Virus record (IMG/VR): IMGVR_UViG_3300032038_000072 | Span: 2,384 to 66,383 of that record | From: a virus | Taxonomy: Duplodnaviria; Caudoviricetes | DNA length: 64,000 nt | Strand: one strand, 5' to 3' | Part shown: positions 19,625 to 28,948 of the stretch, one piece after another | Numbering within the stretch: the first letter of the stretch is position 1 | How the letters are laid out: every line of letters starts with the position of its first letter | Notes under the pieces: model-generated | Told to the model about the DNA's origin: nothing | The model's database searches: none | The model's input: the letters and a program-made list of their open reading frames with translations, nothing else | Position numbers and translations under genes: made by a program

Positions 19625-19969
19625 ATGGAAAAGAAACTGTTTAAAGAAATCATGAAACGGGACCCGGACCTGGTAGAGCGCCTGGTCCTCCAGAACCTTC
19701 CTCACGGTAGCGGCATCGACTACGATTGGGAAATTGAGGTTAAGCCAGACCGGATTGTATGCGACAACGCCTGGCACCTCATGGACGAATTCGGTTACTA
19801 CGACTGCGTCCTTCCCTTCCGCGTCACCATCTATCCCGACGACGTGCGGGTCCGGTTCCGGGACCTGAACAGCTACGGACACCGGAAGGTCCGCGAGTCA
19901 GGCCTCCGGCCCTACCTGGAAGAGCTGTTCTGGGAGCATGGTTCCCACATCCTGGATGTTATCGAATAA
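19625..19969 (+). CDS. Early hypothetical protein
   Basis: LPHGSGID motif; AAGGAGG SD. Confidence 0.8.
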   Translation: MEKKLFKEIMKRDPDLVERLVLQNLPHGSGIDYDWEIEVKPDRIVCDNAWHLMDEFGYYDCVLPFRVTIYPDDVRVRFRDLNSYGHRKVRESGLRPYLEELFWEHGSHILDVIE

Positions 19970-19982
19970 AGGAGGAAACGAA

Positions 19983-20285
19983 ATGAAAAAAGCAAACGAA
20001 GTTACGGACCATATCTTAATGAAATCCTACGGAAAGATTTACAGCTACCTGTACGACCACGCCTACCCGGCGGCCCTGGTAGACATCGGGGAAAAGGTAA
20101 TCAAGAAGGACCTACGGACCATGGACCGGTTACAGCGGGTCCTGGAAGACCTCATTGTCAGTGACCGGGAATACGCCGCGTACGCCGTCTGGTACTACAA
20201 ATTCAACCGGCTGAAAATGCTGGACACTATCAAAACGGACGAAGAAATGCTTGATTATTTGGACAGCTTGTGCCGGGACTCGTAA
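19983..20285 (+). CDS. Early hypothetical protein
   Basis: AAAGGAGG SD before ATG19983. Confidence 0.75.
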   Translation: MKKANEVTDHILMKSYGKIYSYLYDHAYPAALVDIGEKVIKKDLRTMDRLQRVLEDLIVSDREYAAYAVWYYKFNRLKMLDTIKTDEEMLDYLDSLCRDS

Positions 20286-20303
20286 GGAAGGGAGGAAAAT
20301 ATT

Positions 20304-20507
20304 ATGACAAAGTTTGTAAAACTGACTGAGATGAGGAACTGGGGTGAACCGCGAAGCCTGCAGGCAGTCGGTCCCATTTACGTAAACCTGGTCCAAGTGG
20401 AAAGCATAAAAGGGTACAAGGACTGCACAGTCCTGCGTATGGTAAGCGGCCACGGAAACATGATTGAAGTAAAAGAAACACCGGAAGAAATTTTCCGCCT
20501 GGCGTAA
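20304..20507 (+). CDS. FlbD-like small protein
   Basis: IYVNL..VESI...IEVKETPEEI pattern; similar to 28760-28945. Confidence 0.55.
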   Translation: MTKFVKLTEMRNWGEPRSLQAVGPIYVNLVQVESIKGYKDCTVLRMVSGHGNMIEVKETPEEIFRLA

Positions 20508-20527
20508 GGCCAACGAAAGGAGCAATA

Positions 20528-20590
20528 ATGAGCAAAGACGAGCTGATTGTACTGTTAATTCTACTGTTAATGTGTATCCGGATAGACTGA
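20528..20590 (+). CDS. 20-aa hydrophobic peptide
   Basis: Full extended SD; MSKDELIVLLILLLMCIRID. Confidence 0.45.
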   Translation: MSKDELIVLLILLLMCIRID

Positions 20591-20602
20591 GGAGGTTCGG
20601 AC

Positions 20603-20806
20603 ATGGACATTTACGAACTGAGTTATGACGGAGGCAGTTACATCGGGAAATGCCCGGACTACGACCAAGCAATGAACGCGGCCCGGGGTTACGCAAAGAC
20701 AACAGGCCTCAGCATTTTGGTAAAAGACATTGACGACAAACGGACCCGGGAAATTGTGGTACACCCGGACGGAGACATCACCCACCTGTGGGACGGAGAG
20801 AGATAA
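20603..20806 (+). CDS. Early hypothetical protein
   Basis: GAGGAGG SD. Confidence 0.75.
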   Translation: MDIYELSYDGGSYIGKCPDYDQAMNAARGYAKTTGLSILVKDIDDKRTREIVVHPDGDITHLWDGER

Positions 20807-20823
20807 CGAAAGGAGCAAATGAC

Positions 20824-21105
20824 ATGGCAAAGTTTGTAAAGGCAGAAGGTAAATTGTGGGTTGTAATGGGAGAGAACGACTTCGAGCCGGCGCCGCAGTT
20901 AGATGTATTCACATCAGAAAAAGCGGCGCGGGAATACATTCAGGGTATCGTAGAAGACGCGCTGTACAGGGACGAAGAAACGACCGACTATGAAGGCCGC
21001 ACAGCAGAGGAATGCGCTGAGGAAGGCGTAGCAGACCTGGGGTACATGCGTATCATGTTACTGGAAGCAGACAAAGTTAAACGGGAAAATGAGCTTGTAT
21101 GGTAA
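20824..21105 (+). CDS. Acidic early protein
   Basis: Extended SD at 20805. Confidence 0.75.
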   Translation: MAKFVKAEGKLWVVMGENDFEPAPQLDVFTSEKAAREYIQGIVEDALYRDEETTDYEGRTAEECAEEGVADLGYMRIMLLEADKVKRENELVW

Positions 21106-21122
21106 ACGAAAGGAGCAAAGAC

Positions 21123-21398
21123 ATGAAAGTTATGAACACCGGCATGAAATTATATCAAGTGACAGTTAATTACTGGGGAACCGAGGACAAGCGTCTGTTC
21201 CCCACAAAGAAAATGGCCGCAACCTTCCTGGACTGGTTGGTCCGGGATGACAACGAGGAACTGCGCTACCAGGTCGATCCGGTCGACGACCACGGAGACA
21301 GGCTCAGCACATGCATTGACAACTGCATTCACTTCCACTACGACGACAGCTACTACGGAATCGCAGAAATGAACTTGCAAGTCATTGTGGAAAAATAA
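21123..21398 (+). CDS. Early hypothetical protein
   Basis: Extended SD at 21105. Confidence 0.75.
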   Translation: MKVMNTGMKLYQVTVNYWGTEDKRLFPTKKMAATFLDWLVRDDNEELRYQVDPVDDHGDRLSTCIDNCIHFHYDDSYYGIAEMNLQVIVEK

Positions 21399-21410
21399 CC
21401 AAATTGTATC

Positions 21411-21439
21411 TTGACAGGATTGTGAAGATATGATATACT
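21411..21439 (+). promoter_or_regulatory. Sigma-A promoter, near copy of 19149-19177
   Basis: TTGACA-17-TATACT; shares TATCTTGACAGGATTG...GATATGATA. Confidence 0.8.
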
Positions 21440-21465
21440 ATAGACAACGAGAGGAGATGTGAGCC

Positions 21466-21738
21466 ATGAAAAAGCATGCAGTAACAGTAACCAGTACATA
21501 CCAGGTGACGGTAAGCAAGACGGTATTCTTCACCGAGGACGTCGGCCAGCCGGCGGACCTGGACCTGACGCACAAGTGGGTACGCAAGGCCTGCGACGCG
21601 GCCTGGGACGAACTGAGCACAGCATTCCACCTGGACCTGGGGTGCATCGGGCAGGAAATCCCCTACAGCGTAGACGACATAGAACGTGTAGACGGAACAA
21701 AAGAAATCCGGGAGTATGAAATCGAGGAGGATGACTAA
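21466..21738 (+). CDS. Acidic early protein
   Basis: GAGAGGAG SD. Confidence 0.75.
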   Translation: MKKHAVTVTSTYQVTVSKTVFFTEDVGQPADLDLTHKWVRKACDAAWDELSTAFHLDLGCIGQEIPYSVDDIERVDGTKEIREYEIEEDD

Positions 21739-21739
21739 C

Positions 21740-22159
21740 ATGAAGCATATCATCTGGAGCAATTACGACGACAACGACGACATGATCCAGGAAGACTGGT
21801 ACGACGAGCGGGTTGCGCTCAAGGACTGTGGCAAAAAACTTCCGGCAAGAATCCTTGCCATAGCTGACCTTGGCCTGTGGGACGGCAGGCACCAGGCATA
21901 CAAGTTTATCGAAAACTTAGAGGACTGCCTCTACAGCGAATGCGACTACTTCGAGCTGTACTGCGACAAGCACCAGTTAAGGAGCCGGGGCGCACACCAC
22001 GACGGAAACAATTTCGTCACCTACTACCTGCTTAACGACGCCGCCGGCCTGGATAAGTTCCTGGACGACCTGTACTACGGCCGGGAAATCAGCCAAGCGC
22101 GCCTGCATAAATACACCAGGAGCCTGCGGCCCTATCTCAAAGAATACTATGGTTGGTAA
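21740..22159 (+). CDS. Early hypothetical protein
   Basis: MKHIIWSN...LGLWDGR...HHDGNN motif; GAGGAGG SD. Confidence 0.75.
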   Translation: MKHIIWSNYDDNDDMIQEDWYDERVALKDCGKKLPARILAIADLGLWDGRHQAYKFIENLEDCLYSECDYFELYCDKHQLRSRGAHHDGNNFVTYYLLNDAAGLDKFLDDLYYGREISQARLHKYTRSLRPYLKEYYGW

Positions 22160-22181
22160 GTCAACGAAAGGAGCTAACACA

Positions 22182-22610
22182 ATGGGAAACAGAGCAGTCA
22201 TTACATGGAGCCAGAAAAAGGACGTAAAGAAAACACAGGACCTTGGCATTTACTTACACTGGAACGGAGGTCGGGACAGCGTAGAAGCCTTTCTCACCTA
22301 CTGCAAGTTGCAGGGGTTCCGGGAGCCGGACCACGACAACTACGGATACGCGAGACTGTGCCAGGTAATCGGAAACTTCTTCGGCGGAGACCTGAGCCTG
22401 GGCATCGACAAGTGCAGGAACCTGGACTGCAACAACGGGGACAACGGCACCTACATTTGCAAAGGATGGGACATTATAGACAGGCAATACTTTCACGGAG
22501 CAGAGCAGCAAAGTTACGACTTAATTGAAATGCTGAACCAAATAAACGAATGCATGCCGGAGGAGGATCGGTTATCGCAAGAAGTAATCGAATCATGCAG
22601 GAAGAAATAA
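22182..22610 (+). CDS. Early hypothetical protein
   Basis: MGNRAVIT...GIYLHWNGG motif; extended SD. Confidence 0.8.
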   Translation: MGNRAVITWSQKKDVKKTQDLGIYLHWNGGRDSVEAFLTYCKLQGFREPDHDNYGYARLCQVIGNFFGGDLSLGIDKCRNLDCNNGDNGTYICKGWDIIDRQYFHGAEQQSYDLIEMLNQINECMPEEDRLSQEVIESCRKK

Positions 22611-22637
22611 CGTATTGAACGCGAAAGGAGCTAACAA

Positions 22638-22922
22638 ATGAAGCACATTGATGAAATGGAAGTAGAACGACTGACGGATACCGGACATATGGTTATCAAG
22701 GTAGAGCTGGACTTTTTGGACCTGTACGAACGTATGGGGGAAGGCGCCCAAAAGGTTATGAAAAAGTTTAAGGAAGCCGGCAAGGAAAAAATGCTTATGA
22801 ATCACCTTGTCGACTGGTACCTGGGACTCGGTACAGGTTTAACACTGTACGGACTTCCGGACGAAAAAGAACTGGACTGGCACATCGCAAATGAAGTAAC
22901 TACTAACTTAGAGGAGGTATGA
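22638..22922 (+). CDS. Early hypothetical protein
   Basis: Extended SD at 22621. Confidence 0.75.
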   Translation: MKHIDEMEVERLTDTGHMVIKVELDFLDLYERMGEGAQKVMKKFKEAGKEKMLMNHLVDWYLGLGTGLTLYGLPDEKELDWHIANEVTTNLEEV

Positions 22923-22925
22923 ACC

Positions 22926-23141
22926 ATGAACAAAAGAGAATTGGCAAGAGAAACAAAACGAATCACAAGCCCCGACGCGCGCCTGCAGGTAACGAAATGC
23001 GGCCGCGGATACAACGCATACCTGACGTACCAAAACGAATGGTTCCAGGACGATCCGGACGAGAAGACGATCGGCTTTATTAACAGCGCTATGACTTTGA
23101 AACAAGTAAACGCGTGGTTAAGAGAGTACGCAAGTTATTGA
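22926..23141 (+). CDS. Early hypothetical protein
   Basis: GAGGAGG SD. Confidence 0.7.
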   Translation: MNKRELARETKRITSPDARLQVTKCGRGYNAYLTYQNEWFQDDPDEKTIGFINSAMTLKQVNAWLREYASY

Positions 23142-23166
23142 CAAGACACGACAATTCAATTATAAT
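23138..23166 (+). promoter_or_regulatory. Consensus sigma-A promoter
   Basis: TTGACA-17-TATAAT. Confidence 0.8.
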
Positions 23167-23187
23167 ATTGTTGGGAGGCGACAATAC

Positions 23188-23307
23188 ATGACCGAGAGAG
23201 AAAAGGCAATACAGCGCAAGAAGGAAATACAGCAAAAGAACCGGGAAAGCAACCGGATACCAGAGTTTATTCTGTTCATACTTGCAATCAGTTTCTTTTT
23301 TGGATAA
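23188..23307 (+). CDS. 39-aa tail-anchored membrane peptide
   Basis: GGGAGG SD; basic N-half, IPEFILFILAISFFFG C-terminus. Confidence 0.6.
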   Translation: MTEREKAIQRKKEIQQKNRESNRIPEFILFILAISFFFG

Positions 23308-23330
23308 GAGGAAAGGGAGGTAAAATAATT

Positions 23331-23588
23331 ATGCCAGGAAAAAAGAAGGACCCGAACAAAGAGTACAATTCAAACTGGGGCGGAAAACGGGAGGGCGCCG
23401 GCGGAAGACCGGGCCAGCCAGGCGGACACAACGGAGGCCGCAAGCCGCCGGAAATACCTAAGCGCCAGAGGCACGTGTATGTTACCGACGCTGAGTTTGA
23501 AATGATAAAGATGTATCTGTGGAACGTGTTGCGCAAGGGCGCACCGCAGGCAAACAGGAAGTGGAAAGAAAAGCCGGAAGAGGAATAA
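23331..23588 (+). CDS. Small basic putative DNA-binding protein
   Basis: WGGKREGAGGRP motif followed by a ribbon-helix-like segment. Confidence 0.6.
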   Translation: MPGKKKDPNKEYNSNWGGKREGAGGRPGQPGGHNGGRKPPEIPKRQRHVYVTDAEFEMIKMYLWNVLRKGAPQANRKWKEKPEEE

Positions 23589-23628
23589 AAAAGGCAGGAC
23601 GCGTAAAGCTCCTGCCTTCTTTTTTTAT
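23587..23628. terminator. Bidirectional intrinsic terminator between convergent modules
   Basis: AGGCAGGA/TCCTGCCT stem flanked by A-run and T-run. Confidence 0.85.
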
Positions 23629-23987
23629 TTCCCTGACAGACCCTGCAAGTAATTGTGTATTGCAGTTTCCGGAGGGTCCTGCTCGTAATAAACGAATCGG
23701 TCCGGGTCAAACTCCTCGTCCGGAACATCCTTGTATACCAGGGTAAGCGCCCAGTCCGGATCGTACTCATCCGTTTCCTTGTTGTAGTTACAGTACACGC
23801 CTTCTACAACGATAACTTCTTTGTCCGTAACACGCCAGGCCGGTCCATACGCCAGGATACAATCCCCTTCGCCAATGCTTTCGTTTACAATCCGGAATTC
23901 ATCCATGTATAACCCGGTCGAGTCTGTATCGACAAGGTTTTCTATTTCCTCTTCCAGCTCGGAATACTTAACGTTAAAAATAACCAC
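23625..23987 (-). CDS. Acidic hypothetical protein
   Basis: GTG23987 with AAAGGAG SD. Confidence 0.65.
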   Translation of the reverse strand: MVIFNVKYSELEEEIENLVDTDSTGLYMDEFRIVNESIGEGDCILAYGPAWRVTDKEVIVVEGVYCNYNKETDEYDPDWALTLVYKDVPDEEFDPDRFVYYEQDPPETAIHNYLQGLSGK

Positions 23988-23998
23988 GTTATCTCCTT

Positions 23999-24496
23999 TT
24001 AGAATTTGCTGTACGGGGTGATAAGGCCTATGCCGCAAGCATACAGTTCTGCGAAGCGGATAATGTCGTGTACGACGACATAATACCAGGCCCTCGTAAC
24101 CTTTAAGTCCTTGCATGTTGTTTCCCAATGTTCGCCATATTCCCCTTGCAAATATCTCCTCTTGTACACTTCCACCACTTTGTCGTTATCGGAGGCAGTA
24201 TAGAACCGGCGTGTGCTGTCCTCTACCTGGAGCCATTTTTCCGGAAGACGTACGTACCTTGCGTCCCTCGTTCCGTTTACATATGGGCCATACGGACAGT
24301 GAATAAAGGCGACAGGTTCGACCCGCTGCAGGGCCTGGGCCTCTGTAGGATTAGATATCCGGTTCTTCTGGTAGCCGGTATTTTGTTCACCCCTACCCGC
24401 ACCCGGATCGATCCGTTTTTCTTCTACACATTTACGAATCCGGTCCGCATTGCGTAGCACAAATTCGATTGTTGATTCTATTTCTTGCAAGCACAT
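23999..24496 (-). CDS. Putative late transcriptional activator (RinA/ArpU-like)
   Basis: NPTEAQAL motif, C-terminal HTH-like WETTCKDLKVTRAWYY; last gene of replication arm. Confidence 0.55.
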   Translation of the reverse strand: MCLQEIESTIEFVLRNADRIRKCVEEKRIDPGAGRGEQNTGYQKNRISNPTEAQALQRVEPVAFIHCPYGPYVNGTRDARYVRLPEKWLQVEDSTRRFYTASDNDKVVEVYKRRYLQGEYGEHWETTCKDLKVTRAWYYVVVHDIIRFAELYACGIGLITPYSKF

Positions 24497-24586
24497 CACC
24501 CGGCCTTCCACGATACACGCGCATTTTGGTTGTCGTCGGTTATACCTTCCCTCTTGCCTATATTATACCACATGCTACAAGCCTTA

Positions 24587-24982
24587 CTAAAAGTCCACTT
24601 CACTACCGATGGACCCCAGGGTAGATTCAAACGACTTGGCCGCGGCCTCTGCCTTGTTCCTGGCCGGCGCTTCCACAAAGTCGAAGCCTTCCACCATCAG
24701 GCTGTACCCGGTACGCTTGTTGCCATCCTTGTCTTCCCAATGTTCCTGCCGCATGGCGCCCCATACACAGATTTTGCTTCCCTTGCCGAAATGGTTTCCG
24801 ATAGTTTCTCCCTGCTTGCCAAACGATACGCAGTTAAAGAAGTCGGCGTCATATTTACCTTCTTTGTTTTTAAAGTCCCTGTTTACAGCGATAGAAAACT
24901 TTGCGATAGCTTTCTGCGTTTTATCGTTGTATTTCACGTCCACATCGTTAGTCAACCGACCCAAAAAAACCGCTTTATTCAT
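24587..24982 (-). CDS. ssb: Single-stranded DNA-binding protein
   Basis: MNKAVFLGRLT...ADFFNCVSFGKQGE...acidic DF C-terminus. Confidence 0.95.
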   Translation of the reverse strand: MNKAVFLGRLTNDVDVKYNDKTQKAIAKFSIAVNRDFKNKEGKYDADFFNCVSFGKQGETIGNHFGKGSKICVWGAMRQEHWEDKDGNKRTGYSLMVEGFDFVEAPARNKAEAAAKSFESTLGSIGSEVDF

Positions 24983-25201
24983 TGTATCTTCTCCTTTGCT
25001 TATCACTTAAACATATCTTTACCGACCAACGCGCCCAACCAAAAGCCTGTAATGAAAGAAAGGCCGGTACACACAACAATTACCAACGGGATAGGCATAT
25101 ACATAACCATCACCTGTCGCTTTCTCTGTACACGATACAAACTATCGCGGCTCCGATTACCATGCCGATAATCATCCAAAAGATGTTAATCTGTGTCATT
25201 G

Positions 25202-25573
25202 TCACGCCCCCCTTTTTAACTCAACCAATACGTTTGCCAGCCTTTCAATCGTTCGTTCCATCAAGTCAAAACGCAACGATTCTTTATTTTTTGGTTCAAA
25301 CGATTCAAAACAAAGATGTAAGAGTTCGTGTACCAATGCGACTTCCATGTCTTGCGGAAATTTGGTTTTTGGGAAATCAACATGGTCTAAAATTCTAATC
25401 TCCGATTTATTGTTTTGGTGATTCCATTCGTTTTCTCCGCAACAGTTTGGCAGAACAAACTCGCTTGCACGACATATGCTTGCGTCTATATCCCACGATT
25501 GCAATCGCAATCTGTCTTGCCATTCTGCGCACAGCTTTTTTAATTCATCATCAGAAACAACGTATTCTTTCAT
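25202..25573 (-). CDS. HExxH metallopeptidase-like protein
   Basis: VALVHELLHL motif. Confidence 0.55.
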   Translation of the reverse strand: MKEYVVSDDELKKLCAEWQDRLRLQSWDIDASICRASEFVLPNCCGENEWNHQNNKSEIRILDHVDFPKTKFPQDMEVALVHELLHLCFESFEPKNKESLRFDLMERTIERLANVLVELKRGA

Positions 25574-25577
25574 CGTG

Positions 25578-25775
25578 TTACCACCACCTATGTATAACTT
25601 TTACCCTCATTCCTTTTCTGTCACACGCATCTCCAAGCTGTGTAACCGTTGCTTCCGGTTGCTTCCGGATCAACTGTTTTAACTCGTTGACCGACCACTC
25701 CAGCTTGCCTTCAAAGGCTCGTTTAACAACCTCGTTTTCCAGCTCATCTGCATCAATTAGTCTCATCTGTTCCAC
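25578..25775 (-). CDS. Hypothetical protein (MRLIDAD family)
   Basis: RLIDAD.LE motif shared with 25753-25959. Confidence 0.65.
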   Translation of the reverse strand: MEQMRLIDADELENEVVKRAFEGKLEWSVNELKQLIRKQPEATVTQLGDACDRKGMRVKVIHRWW

Positions 25776-25959
25776 CTATCTCCGGCTGTTTCTGCACCAT
25801 CTCCATGACAGTGAATATGATTCCACGTTGCAGTTTAACATATGTTCCGTCCGTTATGTTGTACTCTCGTGCAGCATCTTCCTGAACCTGCAAATACTTT
25901 TTTAAATCCTCTTCCAGTTTGTCCGCGTCAATCAGTCTCACTTTTGTCCCCCGCATCAA
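25753..25959 (-). CDS. Hypothetical protein (RLIDAD family)
   Basis: Paralogue-like to 25578-25775. Confidence 0.65.
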   Translation of the reverse strand: MMRGTKVRLIDADKLEEDLKKYLQVQEDAAREYNITDGTYVKLQRGIIFTVMEMVQKQPEIGGTDETN

Positions 25960-26239
25960 CTCTTTCCATAAATTCCATACTTGTTATCTTCTGCTCCGCC
26001 CACAGTAATGTCTCCCATGCATTGTTTAATCTTTCATTCGCAACAATAATGTCGTTTATTTCCGAAGCCCTCTTTCTACTTTTTTGCGCAAGTTCCTCGT
26101 AATGCTTTGCATTTTTAATAAGGTGGTTTGCCAATTTTTGTAACTTTTCTATCGTGCTTTGTTCCCCAATTAAAAGCATATTTATTGCCTCACTTTCCGC
26201 TACTCCCAACGCCACCGACTCTCTCTCCGTATGCATCAT
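25928..26239 (-). CDS. Hypothetical coiled-coil protein
   Basis: ORF contiguous with neighbours; start uncertain. Confidence 0.55.
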   Translation of the reverse strand: MMHTERESVALGVAESEAINMLLIGEQSTIEKLQKLANHLIKNAKHYEELAQKSRKRASEINDIIVANERLNNAWETLLWAEQKITSMEFMERVDAGDKSETD

Positions 26240-26648
26240 CGTTGTCCGTCAGGAAATGCTTTACGAAGATGCCCTGGGCGAATCGGTCGCCCTTGTGAAT
26301 CATCACGTCCCCATCGCCATCGTTAATCAGCTTTACAAGGATTTCCCCCTCATTGTCCGGGTTGTTGTAGTAGTCTGCATCAATAATGCCCACCCCATTG
26401 GCAAGGCGCATCCCGTATTTCATTCCGTAACTACTGCGGATGTGGATTTCAAGATGTTCATCCGGTGGCATATGTACCTTAATGCCGGTGCGGAGCAAAG
26501 CGCCCCATCCTTTCTGCACAAGCGTATCCTTTACCGCATAGAAATCGTAGCCCGCACTGTTCTTTGTCTGCCGTTTCGGAAGCACAGGCCGTTCCTCTTT
26601 CGGCAACTCCTCGAATTCACTGATTACTTCAAAGTAGCGTTTTACCAT
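26190..26648 (-). CDS. dut: Trimeric dUTPase
   Basis: SAGYDF, RSS, GIIDADY, GDRFAQGIF and GGVGSSG motifs. Confidence 0.95.
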   Translation of the reverse strand: MVKRYFEVISEFEELPKEERPVLPKRQTKNSAGYDFYAVKDTLVQKGWGALLRTGIKVHMPPDEHLEIHIRSSYGMKYGMRLANGVGIIDADYYNNPDNEGEILVKLINDGDGDVMIHKGDRFAQGIFVKHFLTDNDDAYGERVGGVGSSGK

Positions 26649-26959
26649 TTGCCCATCTCCTTCATATTGTTTGATAATATATCGCTGACCAACCGGTCTT
26701 GATACCACTTAATTTTCTTTTTTAGCTTCCTGATCTTTCGCTTCAGTTTCTTTTTGCTCACTTCCTGCTCCTTTTATCCGCATCACCCGATACAACGCAC
26801 AGACACACGGCTAATGCACCGCAGAACACTCCGGCGATAAAACACGCTATGTACCACATCATATCTCCCCCAACCACTTCCCATCACTCATTGCTTTAAC
26901 CCATCTGCCATTCTCTTTTGTAAGATACCTAACGCAACAATAGTAGTACAAAAGCCGTC

Positions 26960-27148
26960 CTATTTGTCGGTATCTGCGTTTGCCAGTTCTTTTTCCAATT
27001 TGTCGCATTTAGCTTTAATCCTTTCAGCCACCTCTCCCATAAGATGGGTAAATGCTATCTTGCTTTCGGTGGTATAATTTGAATCAATAACATCGCAATA
27101 CACCACCATATCATCAATACATGTTTTAATGTCTTCAAGTGTTTCCAT
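26960..27148 (-). CDS. Hypothetical protein
   Basis: GAGGTG SD. Confidence 0.6.
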   Translation of the reverse strand: METLEDIKTCIDDMVVYCDVIDSNYTTESKIAFTHLMGEVAERIKAKCDKLEKELANADTDK

Positions 27149-27363
27149 GCTTCACCTCACCAACTGACTACAAAATGTAGTCACCTCGTAATAACCTCGT
27201 AACCAATTTCGTAACCTCACGAAAAAGGTGTGTGGTTGTTTTAATCAAATATATTTGTTATACACGCTATTATTCCCATAAAAAAGCCAACTAACGCACC
27301 AATAATCACTCCCACTTCAAAAGTTTTTGGCACTTCTATTGCGAATAAAACTTCGTTCATTTC

Positions 27364-27513
27364 TCACTCCTTTGTAGTGGTGTGTGGTTGTTTTAACCAC
27401 TCCCTTACTTCCTCAATGTAACCCCAATAACACGATTCTTCACCATTGTCATCAATACTGTGGAAAATACATTTTTTGCATTTACATTTTGGACAAAACC
27501 AACATAATTTCAT
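27364..27513 (-). CDS. 49-aa Cys-rich protein ending WLKQPH
   Basis: Manual translation MKLCWFCPKCKCKKC...EWLKQPHTTTKE; AGGAG SD. Confidence 0.55.
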   Translation of the reverse strand: MKLCWFCPKCKCKKCIFHSIDDNGEESCYWGYIEEVREWLKQPHTTTKE

Positions 27514-27516
27514 TTC

Positions 27517-27735
27517 CTACTCCTTTTTGTGGTGCGGTTGTTTTAACCACTCCAAAATCACTTCCTTGCTGATGTGCCAAGGGTGTGTCATTACACACTC
27601 ATATATTTCTTCTGCCAACTGTTCCGTATTGCAGGAACGCAACCAATCCTCATTGGTCATCGGTTTGTAGTACTCGCATTCTTCATGCTCATCATCAAAC
27701 GGACAAATTGTTCCACAAGTTTTACACAGATTCAT
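27517..27735 (-). CDS. Cys-rich TNE(D/E)W-family protein
   Basis: MTNEDWLRSC...LEWLKQPH. Confidence 0.7.
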   Translation of the reverse strand: MNLCKTCGTICPFDDEHEECEYYKPMTNEDWLRSCNTEQLAEEIYECVMTHPWHISKEVILEWLKQPHHKKE

Positions 27736-28124
27736 TCGTGTTTCTCCTTTAGCCATTTAATCAAACCATCAACAGTAAAATATCCTTGCTCCCTCGCCGC
27801 CGTCGCATACATCAGTTGTTGATTCAGCCACTTTGCCTTTTCTTCTATTGGCAACTGACAGAACCATTCTTCATTAGTTGCATAATATTTTCGATAGACT
27901 CGTTCTCGATGTTCTGTATATTCAGATGGTAATTTTATCCATTCTGACTTGCCTATTATTTTCAATTCTACAGTATCAGCATAAACAACATGACACCTCC
28001 CATCTTCGTCTATAATATCTCTAAATGCACCATCTGCTATAGTAACACTATATTCACGAGTTACAGTCGGACCATAAACCAACTCATCCAATGACGTTTT
28101 ACCCCTATAAATTACATTTTCCAT
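27732..28124 (-). CDS. TNEEW-family protein
   Basis: TNEEWFCQL...KWLKEKHE. Confidence 0.7.
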   Translation of the reverse strand: MENVIYRGKTSLDELVYGPTVTREYSVTIADGAFRDIIDEDGRCHVVYADTVELKIIGKSEWIKLPSEYTEHRERVYRKYYATNEEWFCQLPIEEKAKWLNQQLMYATAAREQGYFTVDGLIKWLKEKHE

Positions 28125-28171
28125 CTTATGCTCCTTAACAAAATTTTTATAACCATCACATTCAAAACATT

Positions 28172-28432
28172 TTACTGATGTTTATCCTTTAACCATTTCT
28201 CTGCATCTACTTCATCTTGTATGCAATAACCAGTATGGCAATATGCTTCTCCATTACTCATACCACAACGCATACACGAATAGGCAAGATTGGACAAGAA
28301 CTCTGCAAATTCTTTAGTAGAGCAAGTCTTTCTCCATTCTTCGTTGGTCATTGGTTGATAGTATTTACACTCCGTTCTGCTTTTATCTGCCGTGCATTGT
28401 TTCCGTGGTGAACAGGTTTCACATAGACCCAT
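28172..28432 (-). CDS. Cys-rich TNEEW-family protein
   Basis: MTNEEWRKTC...KWLKDKHQ. Confidence 0.7.
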   Translation of the reverse strand: MGLCETCSPRKQCTADKSRTECKYYQPMTNEEWRKTCSTKEFAEFLSNLAYSCMRCGMSNGEAYCHTGYCIQDEVDAEKWLKDKHQ

Positions 28433-28763
28433 CGTGTTTCTCCTTTAACCACTCAACTATCCCTGTGTACGAATAAGATGGAGATGTATTATATTTACAT
28501 TCTTTTGTTTTATAATCAATTTCTATGCAGTCTCCCTTACAAAATTGGCAACAAATAACACCATGTTCAAACAAGAATTTTGCCTTTTCTTCCGTTGAAA
28601 GAGAGCAAAACCATTCTTCGTTGGTCATCGGCTTAACCTTGATATATCCGTAACCATCACAACGGCGACAAGTTCTCATGCTTATATGCCCATCGTCTGT
28701 CCAAAAATTAATATAACCACTTCCACAACACGCTTCACATTTTTCTTCTTTGGGTTCTGTCAT
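28419..28763 (-). CDS. TNEEW-family protein with DnaJ-like CxxCxGxG zinc finger
   Basis: CEACCGSG...CRRCDGYG...MTNEEWFCSL...EWLKEKH. Confidence 0.7.
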   Translation of the reverse strand: MTEPKEEKCEACCGSGYINFWTDDGHISMRTCRRCDGYGYIKVKPMTNEEWFCSLSTEEKAKFLFEHGVICCQFCKGDCIEIDYKTKECKYNTSPSYSYTGIVEWLKEKHDGSM

Positions 28764-28945
28764 TCTGCCACCTCACCAAATTCCATAGCATTCAATAACG
28801 CGTTCTTAATTTCTTCATAACTTTCTTTGACTTGGTAACTATATCCATGAAAAAGGACATTGCTACCGCATACAGATTCTATTGCTTTGGGATTAACAAT
28901 TACTTCTTTTTCATCGTCAGCAAGATGCAAAATTATAAACGGCAT
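28760..28945 (-). CDS. FlbD-like small protein
   Basis: VIVNPKAIESV...VKESYEEI. Confidence 0.55.
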   Translation of the reverse strand: MPFIILHLADDEKEVIVNPKAIESVCGSNVLFHGYSYQVKESYEEIKNALLNAMEFGEVAE

Positions 28946-28948
28946 ATC

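Noticed and set aside
27232-27553. Palindromic GTGGTTGTTTTAACCAC repeats as operators or CRISPR repeats
   Set aside because: Two of three copies encode the WLKQPH ends of paralogous genes; spacing is irregular and no cas genes were seen.
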